Shown here piece after piece: positions 24,752 through 38,580 of a stretch of 64,000 nucleotides of DNA. Position 1 is the stretch's first letter. Every line of letters starts with the position of its first letter. A model generated the notes under the pieces. That model made no database searches. It was not told the origin of the DNA and saw nothing but the letters and a program-made list of their open reading frames with translations. Made by a program: the position numbers and the translations under genes. Source of the DNA: Octopus sinensis (taxonomy: Eukaryota); assembly GCF_006345805.1 (NCBI RefSeq), contig NC_042999.1, positions 67,146,001 to 67,210,000 on the forward strand. Direction: 5' to 3'.

Positions 24752-26134
24752 TAACATCAGCTTTCCATGCTGGCATGGGTTGGACAGTTTGACATGGAGC
24801 TGGCTAGCAGGGAGGTGCCCAGAGGCATGGTTTCTATGGCTGGATGCCCTTCCTAATGCCAACCACTTAACAGTGTGCTAGATGCTTTTTACATGCAACA
24901 AGCATGGGTGCATTTGCACAGCCCTGGCATGGGTACATTAATGCAGCACTGGCACAGGTGCTTTTAAAGCAGCATTGGCACCTGAAAAGACAAACCTGTA
25001 TGTGTGGAAGACAGTGGTTTTACTTAGCTTGATGTGTCTTATCAAGTAGAAAGCCTAAGAGCATGGAGCTTACAGTTGTTTCTGTGCAGGACAAAACGTT
25101 TAGCATTTCTTCTGGCTTTACATTCTGAGTTCAAATGTCATTGAAATTGATTTTGTCTTTTTTTCTTTTGTGGGGTCATTGAAACAGGTACCAGTTAAGT
25201 ACTGGTGTCAATGTAGTCAACTAGCTACCCCCAAACCAACCCAACCCAAAAGAAAAATGTCAGGCCTTGTGCCTACAGTAGAGCAATAAAAGAATTATAT
25301 CCTGCAATGAAGACACATTTGTCCATTCCCAGGCAAAATCAAACTCATCATTGTCCCCACTGTGATATCTCAGCAAAATCCACACCTGGACTCAAATTAC
25401 ATTCATTCATCCATCCATTGCAAATAGATGCAGGATCTTTTATTTTTAATTCCCCTTTAATCCTTCATTCAAACACGTGTCGAAATCAACAGCAGTGACC
25501 ATCATTATACCATTACTATTATCTGGTTGAAGGAAACTGAAAGAAGACTGGTGTGGGTGTGTGTGGGGTTTTGTTTTGTGTATCCCTGACTTGACAGTGC
25601 ATGATAGTTGTAAATAGGTACCACCATCATACAAACATTGTCTTGTTTCCAATCTTCCATGAAAACATGTCCAGTCATTGAGAAATATTAGCGTGTTTTG
25701 ACACAGGTGAGGGCTGATGAGAAGAAGGGCATCCAGCTGCAGAAAATCTGTCTCAACTGATTTTGTCTTAACCCATGCAAACAGGGAACAGTGGTGGTGG
25801 TGGTTGTTGTTGTTAAGGACTTTGGATTAATAGAATTGTTAGCGCATTGGACTAAATGTCTCGGGTGACTAGAGAAAGTAGAACAAGTGTGTCAGGTAGA
25901 GGTGGTATGAAACCAACAAGTTCTGAGAAGCAGAGGCCATTTTGGTAGTTGTGGTGGTGGCGGTGGAAAAAGCAAACTGAAGAGGCAGCATGTTTGTAGA
26001 TCAGAAGAGAAGGACTGAATTGTTGTTGTCTCATTGCTTTTGTTATTTTGATTGTGATTTAGGATATTTGACACATGACTGAGAAAAGCTTAAATGCCAT
26101 TCCAATATTTTGTTTGATGTTTTCTTCTCTGTAG

Positions 26135-26292
26135 GTGACAGTCTTAAAGGAATTTGTGGTCTTGATGAGTGCACTTCAACAGAGTTCCAATGTATGTCGA
26201 TCAAATTCTTCAAAAATGGAATTCTTCTTCAAACAGCCAGTGCCAATACCAAGTTATTTGATCGCTATTGTTGTTGGAGACTTGGCCAGTCG
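26135..26292 (+). CDS. LTA4H: LTA4H exon 3 of 14 seen
   Basis: tgtag/gtaagt; VTVLKEFVVLMSAL...FFFKQPVPIPSYLIAIVVGDLASR vs human VSVPKELVALMSA...FIQKVPIPCYLIALVVGALESR. Confidence 0.95.
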
Positions 26293-26750
26293 GTAAGTAA
26301 TTTTCTTTTGGGTGTGGCTACGTGGTAAGAAGTTTGCTTCACAACCACATAGTTCTGGGTCAAGTCCCGCAATGTGACACCTTGGACAAGTGTCTTCTAT
26401 TATAGCCTAAGGCTGACCAAAGCCTTGTGAGTGGATTTGGTAGACAGAAACTGAAAGAGGCCCGTCGTATATATGTATATATCTATGTATGTGTGTGTAT
26501 ATGCTTGTGTGTCTGTGTTTGTCCCCCCAAACAGTAGAAGACACTTGCCAAGGTGCCACACATCTTAAAATTTGACTGCAGCCATGCTGGAGCACTGCCT
26601 TTAGTTGAGCAAATCGACCCCAGGACTTATTCTTTGGAAGCCTAGTACTTGTTCTATCGGTTACCTTTTGCTGAAGCGCTAAGTTACAGGGACGTAAACA
26701 CACAACTATTGGTTGTCAAGCGATGTTAGTGGGGACAAACACAAACATAT

Positions 26751-26823
<73 letters not shown>

Positions 26824-28404
26824 GCTTATTTCAGTTTCTGTCTACCAAATCCACTCACAAGGCTTTGGGTGGCCTGAGGTTATAGTAGAAGACACTTGCC
26901 CAAAGTACCACGCAGTGGGAATGAACCCGGAACCATGTGGTTGGTAAGCAAGCTACTTACCACACAGCCACTCCTGATTAATTTTTCTGCCAATGCATGC
27001 TTATTTTTAGTTATCTTTGTTATGATCTATCTGGGAAATATGTTATTAATATGTATCTGATTGCCTGTCATCATCATCATCATTTAGCTTCTGTATTCCA
27101 TGTTGGCCTGGGTAGGATGGCTTAATAGGATCCGACAGGTCAAAGGACTATGTTTAGCTCCAGTGTCTGTTCTAGAATGGTTTTTGTGACTGGATTCTCT
27201 TCCTAAAACCAACCATTGTACAGAGTCACTGGCACTAGTGAGATCACAAAGTAGCTCCCAAGACAATACCCTTTAACTGAGGTGCAGAGTAATGTTGAGA
27301 GGTCACAGATTATGATAGAGGGATAGGAATAAGTGACATGGTGTATAATTACATAATCATTTCTAGTTATGCTCCATGTATTAAATAGTAACTATATGTA
27401 GAGCTGCTCTATGTATCTGTCTACTATTTCAGCTTAGCTTTTTAATGTTCTGTTTTTTTTTTTAAATATGCTAATAACTAACGATTAACGTATCATATGA
27501 TGGGTAGTGTTGGAATGAATGTTTTACCATTGTGGGTAATATTATGTAATGTTAGTTTATATGGGTACAATGATTATAATTTTATTTTTCAAATTTCATA
27601 GTCCTTATACAAAATGAATACTAGTTTTAAAAAGATGAATATGTATTAAATTAATTTTGAATTAAAACATCTTCCTGTTATGCGTTTGCAATAAATATAT
27701 TATCAGTAAGAATAATACTGTTTAACTATGAATGACAGATGTAACATTATTTGTTTATTGTCAATGGTGGCAAAAACGTTCTCAACATTACTTGTCATAT
27801 GACAGGCAATACGAGTATAAAGTAACCAAAGGAGACAAATATAATAAGGTCAGTTTTCTCCCTTAGAGGAATGGACAAACAGAGAGATGGATACCGACTG
27901 CCAGTTATATGAATAGATAACATATGTTCCTTCAATTTATGTTCATTTTCTCATGCTAGTGTAGGTTAGACAAATACATATATAGACTTCGTTTTTCATC
28001 CAAATGCTATTGTGGTTACTAACTCTTATCTGTTTTTCAAGCAATGAACCTGTTTTATCCCACTCATCTTTGAAAGTGCAGAGCTAGGGGATAATTTATT
28101 GATGAGTAATGTGAAAGTAATGTCTCCAGTGCTGAAGTTGAACCTCCTCCTTCCCCTCCCTTCTCCCACTAAGAAACCAGCTGTTCAGACCTGGAAAGGG
28201 ATGGCTTTATTGGGATATGAAAAAAACCTAGGACAAGTCAAAGTTTACATCATGTGGGTGGCTTTCAATTTCTGCAAAACTTGAGGGGGCCAATGAATAA
28301 ATGTAATACATCATTTAGTGTGTTCAATCTTATTAGATTGTAGCAAATTTTGTGTTTATATATAATTCCATACTTTTTTTTTTTTCATATTTCTTTTTAA
28401 CCAG

Positions 28405-28477
28405 TAACATTGGACCCCGTAGCAAAGTATGGTCAGAGACGGAATTTCTTGACAAAGCAGCTTTTGAGTTCTCTGAG
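28405..28477 (+). CDS. LTA4H: LTA4H exon 4 of 14 seen
   Basis: accag/gtgatg; NIGPRSKVWSETEFLDKAAFEFSE vs human QIGPRTLVWSEKEQVEKSAYEFSE. Confidence 0.95.
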
Positions 28478-29036
28478 GTGATGTATATATTTATATATAA
28501 TATCGAGAATTATTGTCTTGCATTTTGTTCATTTTCTGTTGCTGTTGTTTAAACCCAGGCAAGCCCAGATTGAACAGACTTGTTAGGACCAAAGGCATTC
28601 CAGGCATGATCCAAGTGTTTATTTTTTTAGGGGTCTCTTATACTACATTATAGAATCTGTGCTTCCTGTTTTTTATTGTCGGTTGTGAACTGGCCGATAT
28701 TTTTAGTAGATTGCATGACTACACAGAGGCTCCTTTGTGAACTTGATTCATTTTTATGTGTATGCAGGATGGGAAATAATAGTTAGTTTCACTGGTGGAA
28801 ACCCAGTGCAGATATTAACTAATACGCAGCTAATTTTCGTGTGTGTGTGTGTGTAAAATTAAGATTGGCTGAGCTTTTACTCTTTTGTTTGACATGTAGT
28901 TTACGTCCCTGTTGAGCTCACCTTGCGACATCAGCATTACTGTTTGATAAATGTACCACCCCAGCCAAACTCCTCAACTGACACTGTTCTTGATTAAAGG
29001 TCGAGCATTGACATCTGTTAAGGTACTCAACATTTA

Positions 29037-29077
<41 letters not shown>

Positions 29078-29080
<3 letters not shown>

Positions 29081-29268
29081 TCGCCATGATAGATCGTTAG
29101 CCACTACACACGTTCTTTTCTCTCCTTGTTTCTTCTGTGTCCCTTTCTGTAGAAGAGCGTAGGCTCGAAACGTAAAAGACATTTTCTATTCCTGAGCGTT
29201 ATACTAATACATCTGTTTGTTTTGTACACCACCTGTCTTCGTCTTTTGTTTTTTTTGTAAACTCTCCC

Positions 29269-29272
<4 letters not shown>
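29078..29272 (+). repeat. short repeat family with HHR-like fold ending in CTCCC(TA)n; copies at ~17972-18108 and ~41262-41445
   Basis: CTTT-CTGTAGAA-GAGC(gtag)GCTC-GAAACGTA-AAAG at 29143-29178. Confidence 0.7.
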
Positions 29273-29302
<30 letters not shown>

Positions 29303-29308
<6 letters not shown>

Positions 29309-29645
29309 GGTTTGATGAGTAAATTCTCGCCATTATATAATTTTAATTTCACACTTGCATGTTGTTTGTTTTTAATTTTGTTGAGTACACAGTACAGTAG
29401 GGTCAGTTGGGCACCATCTGTGAAAAAAACAGTGCCATGATGCAATTCACTGTCAGAAATTTTGAAATGGCATGCTATATTGTTTGGTATTTGTGCTGGA
29501 AGCTCCAATATAAACGTTTGAAAGTGTTTGGGTGTCAATCTGAGGATATGTATCGAGAGTGATAAAAATCAAACATCCAGTCAACATCATGGTGTTTGGA
29601 GTGATCACTAGTGATGGCAATGTTATGCCTCCATTCATCTTCCTA
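29303..29645 (+). mobile_element. internally deleted Tc1/mariner (maT, DD37D-like) fragment
   Basis: TA|CAGGG start; KIKHPVNIMVFGVITSDGNVMPPFIF transposase-like peptide. Confidence 0.65.
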
Positions 29646-30265
29646 CTACTACTACGTGTACATATTTCTTGATTTTTGCCCTTGCCAGAATGGGATAGGT
29701 AAGACTTATTAAAGCTGTTTTCTGAGGCCCAGAATAGACGAATATGTCCTGATTACTCTTGAATACTAAACGATTCTTATTCTTGAACCGTTGTATTGGC
29801 ACTCTTCAGTTCTTGAATATTTAGGTTATTACTGTATTTTCTAATTAGCGCTGCACTCATTAGTAATGTTACTTCCTTTGTTCAGATCTACTGAGGTTAT
29901 TATTGTGTTATAAATATTCTTTTCAAATTCTCATTTGTGTGTGTGAGTGGGTGTACATGTTTGTACTTGAGTGTTTGCGTGTTTTTATACAGGCCTTTGT
30001 GTGTGTATGTTTTCTACTTGAATTTTAATGTTTGTGTGTTTGTACACATGCTTGTGTGTGTGTTTGTACACATGCTTGTGTGTGTTTGTGCTTGAGTATA
30101 TGTGTTTGTACACATGCCTGTGTGCATGTGTTTTGAGCTTGAATTTTACTATGTGTTGGTGTGTATCTGTATATTTTGGGTTGTGTGTGTGTGAGAGAGA
30201 GAGATAAGTATGATGCCAAATTTTATTTAATTTTCTTTTTTTTTTTTTCTGTCTTCCCCCATTAG

Positions 30266-30406
30266 ACTGAAGAGATGCTGAAAGTTGCTGAGAACCTGAT
30301 GGGACCCTATGTATGGAGTCAATATGATCTTGTTGTGCTCCCACCATCTTTTCCTTATGGTGGCATGGAAAATCCCTGCCTCACATTTGTTACCCCAACA
30401 CTCTTG
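30266..30406 (+). CDS. LTA4H: LTA4H exon 5 of 14 seen, GXMEN exopeptidase motif
   Basis: attag/gtaagc; [47 protein letters not shown]. Confidence 0.98.
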
Positions 30407-30790
30407 GTAAGCTCTTTATTTTATTACATTTATCTTTATTGTTATTTAGTCCCATGTCAGCCTTCATCTTACTGACCTATGATCAAAGGAGTTTCAGCTG
30501 TGATATCCTTGTATCATAATCCCATGACTTTTGGAAACATTTTTTCACACTAAGAGTTGCTGGAACAAACTGCCTGCATCAGTTGTTAGTTGTCAGAGCA
30601 CTACATCCTTCAAAACTTCCAAGCTTCCTGAGATTCGCCAACACTACACCTGATTTTCCCCGCTCCATACACACGCAAGCATGTATCTGACCCATACACT
30701 GTTCGCTTTCCAGACATTTGTACATTACTGCATATGCTTTATATGCACTTTTGACAAGCTGTGGTGCACCTGAGCACTGCATACATAATT

Positions 30791-30831
<41 letters not shown>

Positions 30832-32172
30832 ATCATCATCGCTACCACCACCACCACCATTCATCTTCCTTTTCTTCTGACGCCCATCTTCTGTCCTAAC
30901 CTGGGTTGTGCAGTTTGGCAGGATCTGACATATTGAGGGCTGCATCATGCTCCATTGTCTTATTTGGCACGGTTTCAGTTGTTGGGTTCTCTTACTAATG
31001 TGATTGACTTTGTAGAAAGTACTGGACTTTTTTTTTGTGTTTTCATGGCATCAGCACTAGTAAAGTTACCATGTAACTCACAAAAATAAGATCCCCTTCA
31101 AGGGGCTACTGTTTAGAGGGAGGCAGCTTTATGCTACTCAGAGAAATGGTAGAATGTGAAGGAAGGGGCTGGAACAAGTTTCTTGTTGTAGGGGAGACAC
31201 ATGGCTGCTTACATTACATAAGGTGTGGGTGAGATTGAAAAGAAATAAAGATGGTAGTGACAAGGAATCAGAGTGTGCTCGGGGTGGAGTGTAGTGGTGG
31301 TTGAAGAACAAAAAGAGTGGGTGGATAGAAGGCTGCGTGCCGGCAGAGACGTTAGCAAGCCGGGCGAAATGCTTAGTGGTATTTTGCCTGTCTTTATGTT
31401 CTGAGTTCAAATTCTGCTGAGGTCGACTACGCCTTTCATCCTTTCAGGGTCGATAAATTAAGTACCATTTGCGTACTAGGGTCGATCTATTTGACTGCCC
31501 CCCCTCCCCCAAAATTTCTGGCCTTGTGCCTTGAGTAGAAAAGGATAGAATGCGCAATGTTGTATGGAGAGAATGGGGAAGAGATAGAGATGGAATAGGG
31601 GTATGAATATCCTGAATGAAGAAGAAGGGTTGAGGTAGCAGTTGGGTGGGGTTCAATGATATATATCTGGGAGTACATTATCCAATGTCTCCCTTCTTTT
31701 AAGATAAGTGGGGGCGGGGGCAGTAGTTCTTAAGCTGACTAGGTACCTACCTCCCAAAATATTTGTGAAATTTTTCTAACCCATCTTCTCTCATCTTTCA
31801 TCTTTATTACTGAGAAAACAAACAATTTTACATTTATATCATTCTTCATTTTTTTTTTGCTATGGAGTTGGACAAGTTTATAAAGTTTAAAGCAAATTCC
31901 AATTTTATTAGACATGGTAATTCATCCATCACCCTGTCAATCATCACAGCTACCACCTGAGAGAACATTACTGTAGGGTGTGATTTAAAAGATATTTGGC
32001 TGCAATTTCTAGCAAGGAAAGAGGGAAGTGATGGTGTAGCAGTTTGCCTCATTACCTTACATTATGCAGTGTTTTGTTTTGTTTTCTTTGTAAAATGGTG
32101 TGTTGTGATGTAAGGGATATTTCTAAATGAGTTCTGAGACTGTAAAGGTTTTTCCATTTTTCTTTTATTTAG

Positions 32173-32267
32173 GCTGGAGATAAATCACTAGCTAATGTTA
32201 TTGCACATGAAATATCTCACAGTTGGACTGGTAACTTGGTCACTAATTCTACATTTGAACATTTCTG
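32173..32267 (+). CDS. LTA4H: LTA4H exon 6 of 14 seen, HEXXH zinc motif
   Basis: tttag/gtaagt; [32 protein letters not shown]. Confidence 0.98.
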
Positions 32268-32296
32268 GTAAGTTGATGAGTGTTGCTTTTCTGTTT

Positions 32297-32950
32297 ACTT
32301 CCTCCTCCTTTTCTTCCTTCTCTTCTTCCTCCTCCACTTCTTCTTCCTCTTCTTCCTCCTCCACCTCTTCTTCCTCCTCCACCTCTTCTTCCTCCTCCAA
32401 TTCTTCCTCCTCTTCTTTTCCCTCCTCTTCTCTTCTTTCTTCCTTCCTCCTCCAATTCTTCCTCCTCTTCTTTTCCCTCCTCTTCTCTTCTTTCTTCCTT
32501 CCTCCTCCACTTCTTCCTCCTCCACTTCTTCTTCGTCCTCTTCTTCTTCCTCCTCTTCTTCCTCCACTTCTTCCTTTTCTTCCTCCTCCTCCATTTCCTC
32601 CTCTTCTCTTCTTCCTCTTCTTCCTCCTCCTCTTCCTCCTCTTCTTCGCCCTCTCCCTCCTCCACTTCTTCTTCTGCTTCCTCCACTTCTTCTGCTTCCT
32701 CCACTTCTTCTACTTCCTTCTCTTCTTCCTCCTCCACTTCTTCTTCCCTTCTTCCTCCTCTACTTCTTCCTCTTCCTCCTTTTCTTCTCCCTCCTCTTCT
32801 CTTCTTCCTTCTTCCTCTTCTTACTCCCCCTCTTACTCCTCTTCCTCATCATCATCATCTTGGTTGTCATCTTCGTCATCATTATCATCATCGACATCAT
32901 TATCATCATCGACATCATCATCATCATCAACAACATCATCATCATCCTTT
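32297..32950. repeat. (CTT/CCT)n polypyrimidine tract grading into (CAT)n
   Basis: directly visible; source of the S/P/L- and E/K/R-rich false ORFs. Confidence 0.95.
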
Positions 32951-33313
32951 AACATTCATGTTCCATGCTGACATGGAACTGGAGGTATGACAGGATTCTC
33001 TGGGTCCAAGAACTGCATGATGCTCCAGTGTCTGCTTTGACATGGTTGCTATGGCTAGCAACCAGTTTACTGCAAGTACCAGGTGCTTTTTTTATGTGCC
33101 ACCATCACGAGGGCCTGTTTGGCGGTACTGGCAATAGCCACACTCAAATGGTGTTTCTTATGTGCCACCTGCACAGGAGTCAGTCCAGCGGCACTGGCAA
33201 CGACCTTGCTCAAATTTTGTTTTTCACATGCCACCGGCACGGAAGCCAGATAGCTGCTCTGGCAGTGATCCCGCTCGGATGGAGCTGTTAGCGCTCCACT
33301 GGCACGAACAGTA

Positions 33314-33345
<32 letters not shown>

Positions 33346-33920
33346 GCACAAACACACACATATGACGAGCCTCCTTCAGTTTCCATCTACCAAATCCACT
33401 TACAAAACGTTGGTTGGCCTGGGGCTATAACAGAAGACACTTGCCTAAGGTGTCAAGCTGTTAGAATGAACCCAGAACCATGTTGTTGGGAAGCTAACTT
33501 CTTACCACACAGCTACACCTGTACCTACCAAAGCAACACTTATGCATATTCCTTATTCAAAATATGCATGTTAGTAACCTCAAAGGAAGGTCATGAAACT
33601 GTTGTCTATAATATTTTGTTTTCCAATGAACTTAGGTCAGCAAGATAAATCATGTCTGTGTGCAAGTGCACACAGACATGGTTTATGTGCTATCAGTTTG
33701 TGCACTATTTTGTATTTTTGGGGTCAGTTTCTGCAGCGTTATCTATTTTCTATAGTGGGCTGCATGGTTAAATGGTTTGCTTCCCAATCACATGCTCTTG
33801 CGATTTATTCCATCATGTCACACCTGGGGCAGGTGTTTTCTACTGTAGCCCCAGGTTAACCAAAGCCTTGTAAGTGGATTTGGTCAATGGTAACTGAAAG
33901 AAGCCCATTGTATACATAAA

Positions 33921-33969
<49 letters not shown>

Positions 33970-34157
33970 GATAATATCTTTCATTATTAATTGAATTACT
34001 TTATGGAGGTTCTGTCTCTTAAATCTCTATATATTTAAGATATCGTGAAATTTTATTTAGTATTTCTAAATTGAGTTTGTTTTTCCCTGTTGCCTTGGAA
34101 TTTTATATTCCCTGCTATTAATAATTATATATATTTATACATATGTATATATATGTA

Positions 34158-34203
<46 letters not shown>

Positions 34204-35756
34204 GTCTCCTTGTCTTGACATCACATGCTAGTTGTAAATGAGTGTAACCAGCCTACTTATGCGTACCTTCCCTTCATTTGATACTGCTTGCGAAGACCTG
34301 TTGAGGCAAGTGAAATCGAAATCAAATTCGATCATTGGCATCCATGCTAGTGGAGCACTAAGAGCACCATCCGAGCGTGATCGTTGCCAGAGCGGCTAAC
34401 TGGCGTCCGTGCCGGTGACACGTAAAATGCACCATTTGAGCGTGATCGTTACCAGCGTCGCCTTACTGGCACTTGTGCCAGTGTGCAGGTGGCACGTAAA
34501 AAAAAAATACCAGTTGGGCCAGTACCGCCTGACTGGCCCTCGTGCCGGTGGCATGTAAAAGCACCCACTACACTCTTTGAGTGGTTGGCGTTAGGAAGGG
34601 CAGCCAGGTGCAGCCATCTGGTTCACCAGTCCTCAGTCAAATCGTCCAACCCATGCTAGCATGGAAAGCAGATGTTAAATGATGATGATGATATGATAAA
34701 AGCTTTTAATATAGATTGCTTTCAAAGTAAAAGTTAGTTTCTTAGAACCAGGTGCAGTCTCAGGCTGGTTTGTATCAAAAGAATTAAACTAAGTCCAAGT
34801 CATTGCCCTGAGTTAAATAAACTCTTGTGTGTTTCCATGGTGCTGAAACTATTGCTTTTGTTTGAGAGCCCTACCTTACTGCGGTACCTATTGGTGGGCT
34901 TGGCCACAAACACAAATCAATGCAAGTGACTGGATATAAACTCACTGATCTTGAGATTGATTGTCTGGTAAACGAATATTTAAACTTCCTGCATTGTCCT
35001 GGTATAATAAATGCAAGTTAAATTACTTACACTTCACTGGGTGTAGTCAAGTGGGAAGGATTAGTCAACCAGTAAGTTGTAAACACATCATAAATTAGAA
35101 TCAAATTGCTTTGACCTTTCTTAGATATAAATTGTAGAGCTTGGTACTGTGTGTGTTACTCTTTTACTTGTTTCAGTCATTTGATTGTGGCCATGCTGGA
35201 GCACTGCCTTTAGTCGAGCAAATCGACCCCAGGACTTATTATTTGTAAGCCTAGTACTTATTCTATTGGTCGCTTTTGCCGAACCGCTAAGTTACAGGGA
35301 CGTAAACACACCAGCATCAGTTGTCAAGCGATGTTGGGGGGGACAAACACAGACACACATACGTATACACACACATACATATACACATATACGACGGGCT
35401 TCTTTCAGTTTCTGTCTACCAAATCCACTCACAAAGCTTTGGTCGACCCGTGGCTATAGTAGAAGACACTTGCCCAAGGTGCCACGCAGTGGGACTGAAC
35501 CCGGAACCATGTGGTTCGTAAGCAAGCTACTTACCACACAGCCACTCCTACGCCTATCTTATTAACTAGTTTCTTTTTTTTTCTTTTTTTTTTTCTTTTA
35601 CTTGTTTCAGTCATTTGACTGCGGCCATGCTGGAGCACCGCCTTTAGTCGAGCAACTCGACCCCGGGACTTATTCTTTGTAAGCCCAGTACTTATTCTAT
35701 CGGTCTCTTTTTGCCGAACCGCTAAGTGACGGGGATGTAAACACACCAGCACACAA

Positions 35757-35827
<71 letters not shown>

Positions 35828-37093
35828 TATACGACAGGCTTCTTTCAGTTTCCGTCTACCAAATCCACTCACAAGGCATTGGTCGGCCCGAGGCTATAAT
35901 AGAAGACACTTGCCCAAGATGCCACGCAGTGGGACTGAACCCGGAACCATGTGGTTGGTTAGCAAGCTACTTACCACACAGCCACTCCTGCGCCTATTTG
36001 TTTGTTTATTTTTCTTGAAGATAATTACATTTTGAATGTATGACATTAAAATATATATATTTTTATGCCATACATATATATGTATATACATATATATATA
36101 CATACATATATATACAGGTGGCACGTAAAAAGCACCCACTACACTCACGGAGTGGTTGGCGTTAGGAAGGGCATCCAGCTGTAGAAACACTGCCAGATAA
36201 GACTGGAGCCTGGTGCAGCCTTCTGGCTTCCCAGATCCCCGGTCGAACCGTCCAACCCATGCTAGCATGGAGAACGGACGTTAAACGACGATGATGATGA
36301 TGATGATATACATACATACAAACAAAATATATATATTTTAACGTCATACATATATAATATATATATATATGAGGCACAGGAGTGGCTGTGTGGCAAGTAG
36401 CTTGCTTACCAACCACATGGTTCCAGGTTCATTCCCACTGCATGGCACCTTGGGAAAGTCTCTTCTATTGTAGCCGCAGACCAACCAAATCCTTGTGAAT
36501 GGATTCAGTTGGCAGAAACTGAAAGAAGCCTGTCATATATGTGTGTGTCTTTGTGTTTGTCTCCTACTGCCACTTGATAACCGATGATGGTTTGTCTTCA
36601 TCCCTGTAACTTAGCAGTTTGGCAAAAAAGATTGACAAAATAATTACCAGGCTTCAAAATGAGTACTGGGCTTTGATTTGTTCAATGAAAAAACTAAAAA
36701 AAAAAATCTTTGAGGCAGTGCTCTAGCATGGCCACAGTCTAATGACTGAAACAAGTAAATGATAAAAAAAAGTTTCTTATTAAAAAGCAATAATGACATG
36801 GAAGAATAATTTTAGAAATTCATATGAAGGGTGTTGGTTGATAATTTATCAATAATTCAAAGAAGCGGGTCACTGATTTAAGAAGTTTGCCAATTCTTGA
36901 TCTGGAGGGAGGGAGTGAGCGGGAGATAGATGGATTTGATGATGAATACACTGTAAACTGTGACGACGACGATCAGGACAATGATGATGATGATGATACT
37001 ACAAAATGTAAATAAGTTTAACATTTCAGGAGAGTGGAAAAGAACATTAAAGGGAACTTAATACTTCTGTAGTTTTGCATTGTTAAAAATAAA

Positions 37094-37406
37094 CTAGCAT
37101 TGTGACCATACGAATACTGTCCAAGTCTCTGTCCAATCACATACAGCTGACTGGCATTCAATTGGCGTATCAAGTTTCAGGCATTTTGATTGGGTTTTGG
37201 GTTTTGGATAGAAAATTCACAAAAAAAAGTCACTTCTATTGATTTTTTAATGGCTTTGAGGGGTGACAGGTGGAAAGTAAAGATGTGCACGACCACCCTT
37301 GGATGGTTTTGAATGACCATAGAAAGTGCGAGCCCTCTAACTGAAATATTGTGGATTTGTATAAAGGACACACACACAGACAGACATTTTGCCGTTTATA
37401 TAGAGA
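37094..37406 (-). mobile_element. short Helitron (family H2), directly abutting H1
   Basis: 5' TCTCTATATAAACGGCAAAATG, 3' CTAG; colinear with 43069-43448. Confidence 0.8.
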
Positions 37407-38580
37407 CTAGCAGTATCGCCCGGCGTTGCTCGGGTTGTAAGGGAAATAACTATATAAGCATTTTTAGAGAGTTATAGCCAAAAAATAGCAAAAAAATGCA
37501 TTAAAAATTGAAAAAAAATTAAGGTAAATTTTTTTTTAAATCGTTGACACATCGTAGATATTTTTAGAGAGTTACTTCCCTTATATAAAAGCGAAAAAAT
37601 GCATTAAAATGGAAAAATATGATGGTAAATTTTTTTTAAATCGTAGACTCATCGTAGACGCGCGCTAATACCCAGAAGGGCTCGATATGAATCACGACTA
37701 TAAGATACCCGCTTTTGGTTAAACTGCACCGCAAAATGTGGGAGTAGTTACGAATCTAAATCGAAGGGGACAGACACACAACTTCACTCTTATATAAAGA
37801 TGCTTTTTTTTTCAGTCATAGAGTTAGATTTATGAAGGTCTTCAGTAGAAAATCCTTCGAATTCTGACTCGCTGCTTGATATAATGAAATTCGTATCCAT
37901 TTTTTGTCAGAATTACAAATTTTGAAAACACAATAGGAACAAATTTCGGAAAAAAATCTCCCATAATTCACGGAATTAAAATTACACTTCGATTTTTGTA
38001 CAAAACTGTATTTGAAGTGTTTACGAAGTATAATACGTGTTTTCACGAATGTACTAAAGAGATTTACTCTGATATTCTCATTTAAATATGAATAGGTAAA
38101 TTCGGGCGGTTTGGTAACGAAAGGGTTTATATAAGTGTCGTCTGTTTATACATAAACACTGTTTCATACTTTCAGTTTAGTCTTCCTCAAATCACTCTGT
38201 CGCTAATTTACTCTCTTCCAAGAACATTTTCACTCACTCTTATCTGTTAGCTTCCCATACATTTTACTCATGTATCTATCAGGGTGATAGACAGAAACAA
38301 ATATTACATCTAGTTTCACTTTATTCGTTGCACACTGTGTGTGTGCGTTTGCATGTGCTGTAAACCAGACTAAGAAAAGCATTTGACATACACACCAGAA
38401 TGTGAGTTTTCTGTAAATTTTGCTTAATTGGAGTTTAAATTTTAAAAACTGGACCTGGCATGACCCGATGCATTCTACTCTTAAAAATGCTAGGTAAATT
38501 GTAATTGAAGAAATCCTATATTGTAGATTTCTATAAGTTACAAAGGGAGGCAGATAAAATCTGCCTTTTATAATAAGAGA
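37407..38580 (-). mobile_element. composite non-autonomous Helitron (H1 termini)
   Basis: same 5' ~270 bp and same 3' hairpin+CTAG as 10581-12234 but a different interior; internal Helitron-like 5' end near 37800. Confidence 0.85.

Noticed and set aside
25307-25420. C2H2-like peptide HCPHCDISAKSTPGLKLHSFIH
   Set aside because: Single isolated finger without linker or splice support; resembles the C-terminal finger of LINE ORFs rather than a zinc-finger gene
32188-32990. Long ORFs (up to 258 aa) rich in S/P/L or E/K/R
   Set aside because: Translations of the (CTT/CCT)n tract; the real exon is 32173-32267 in another frame
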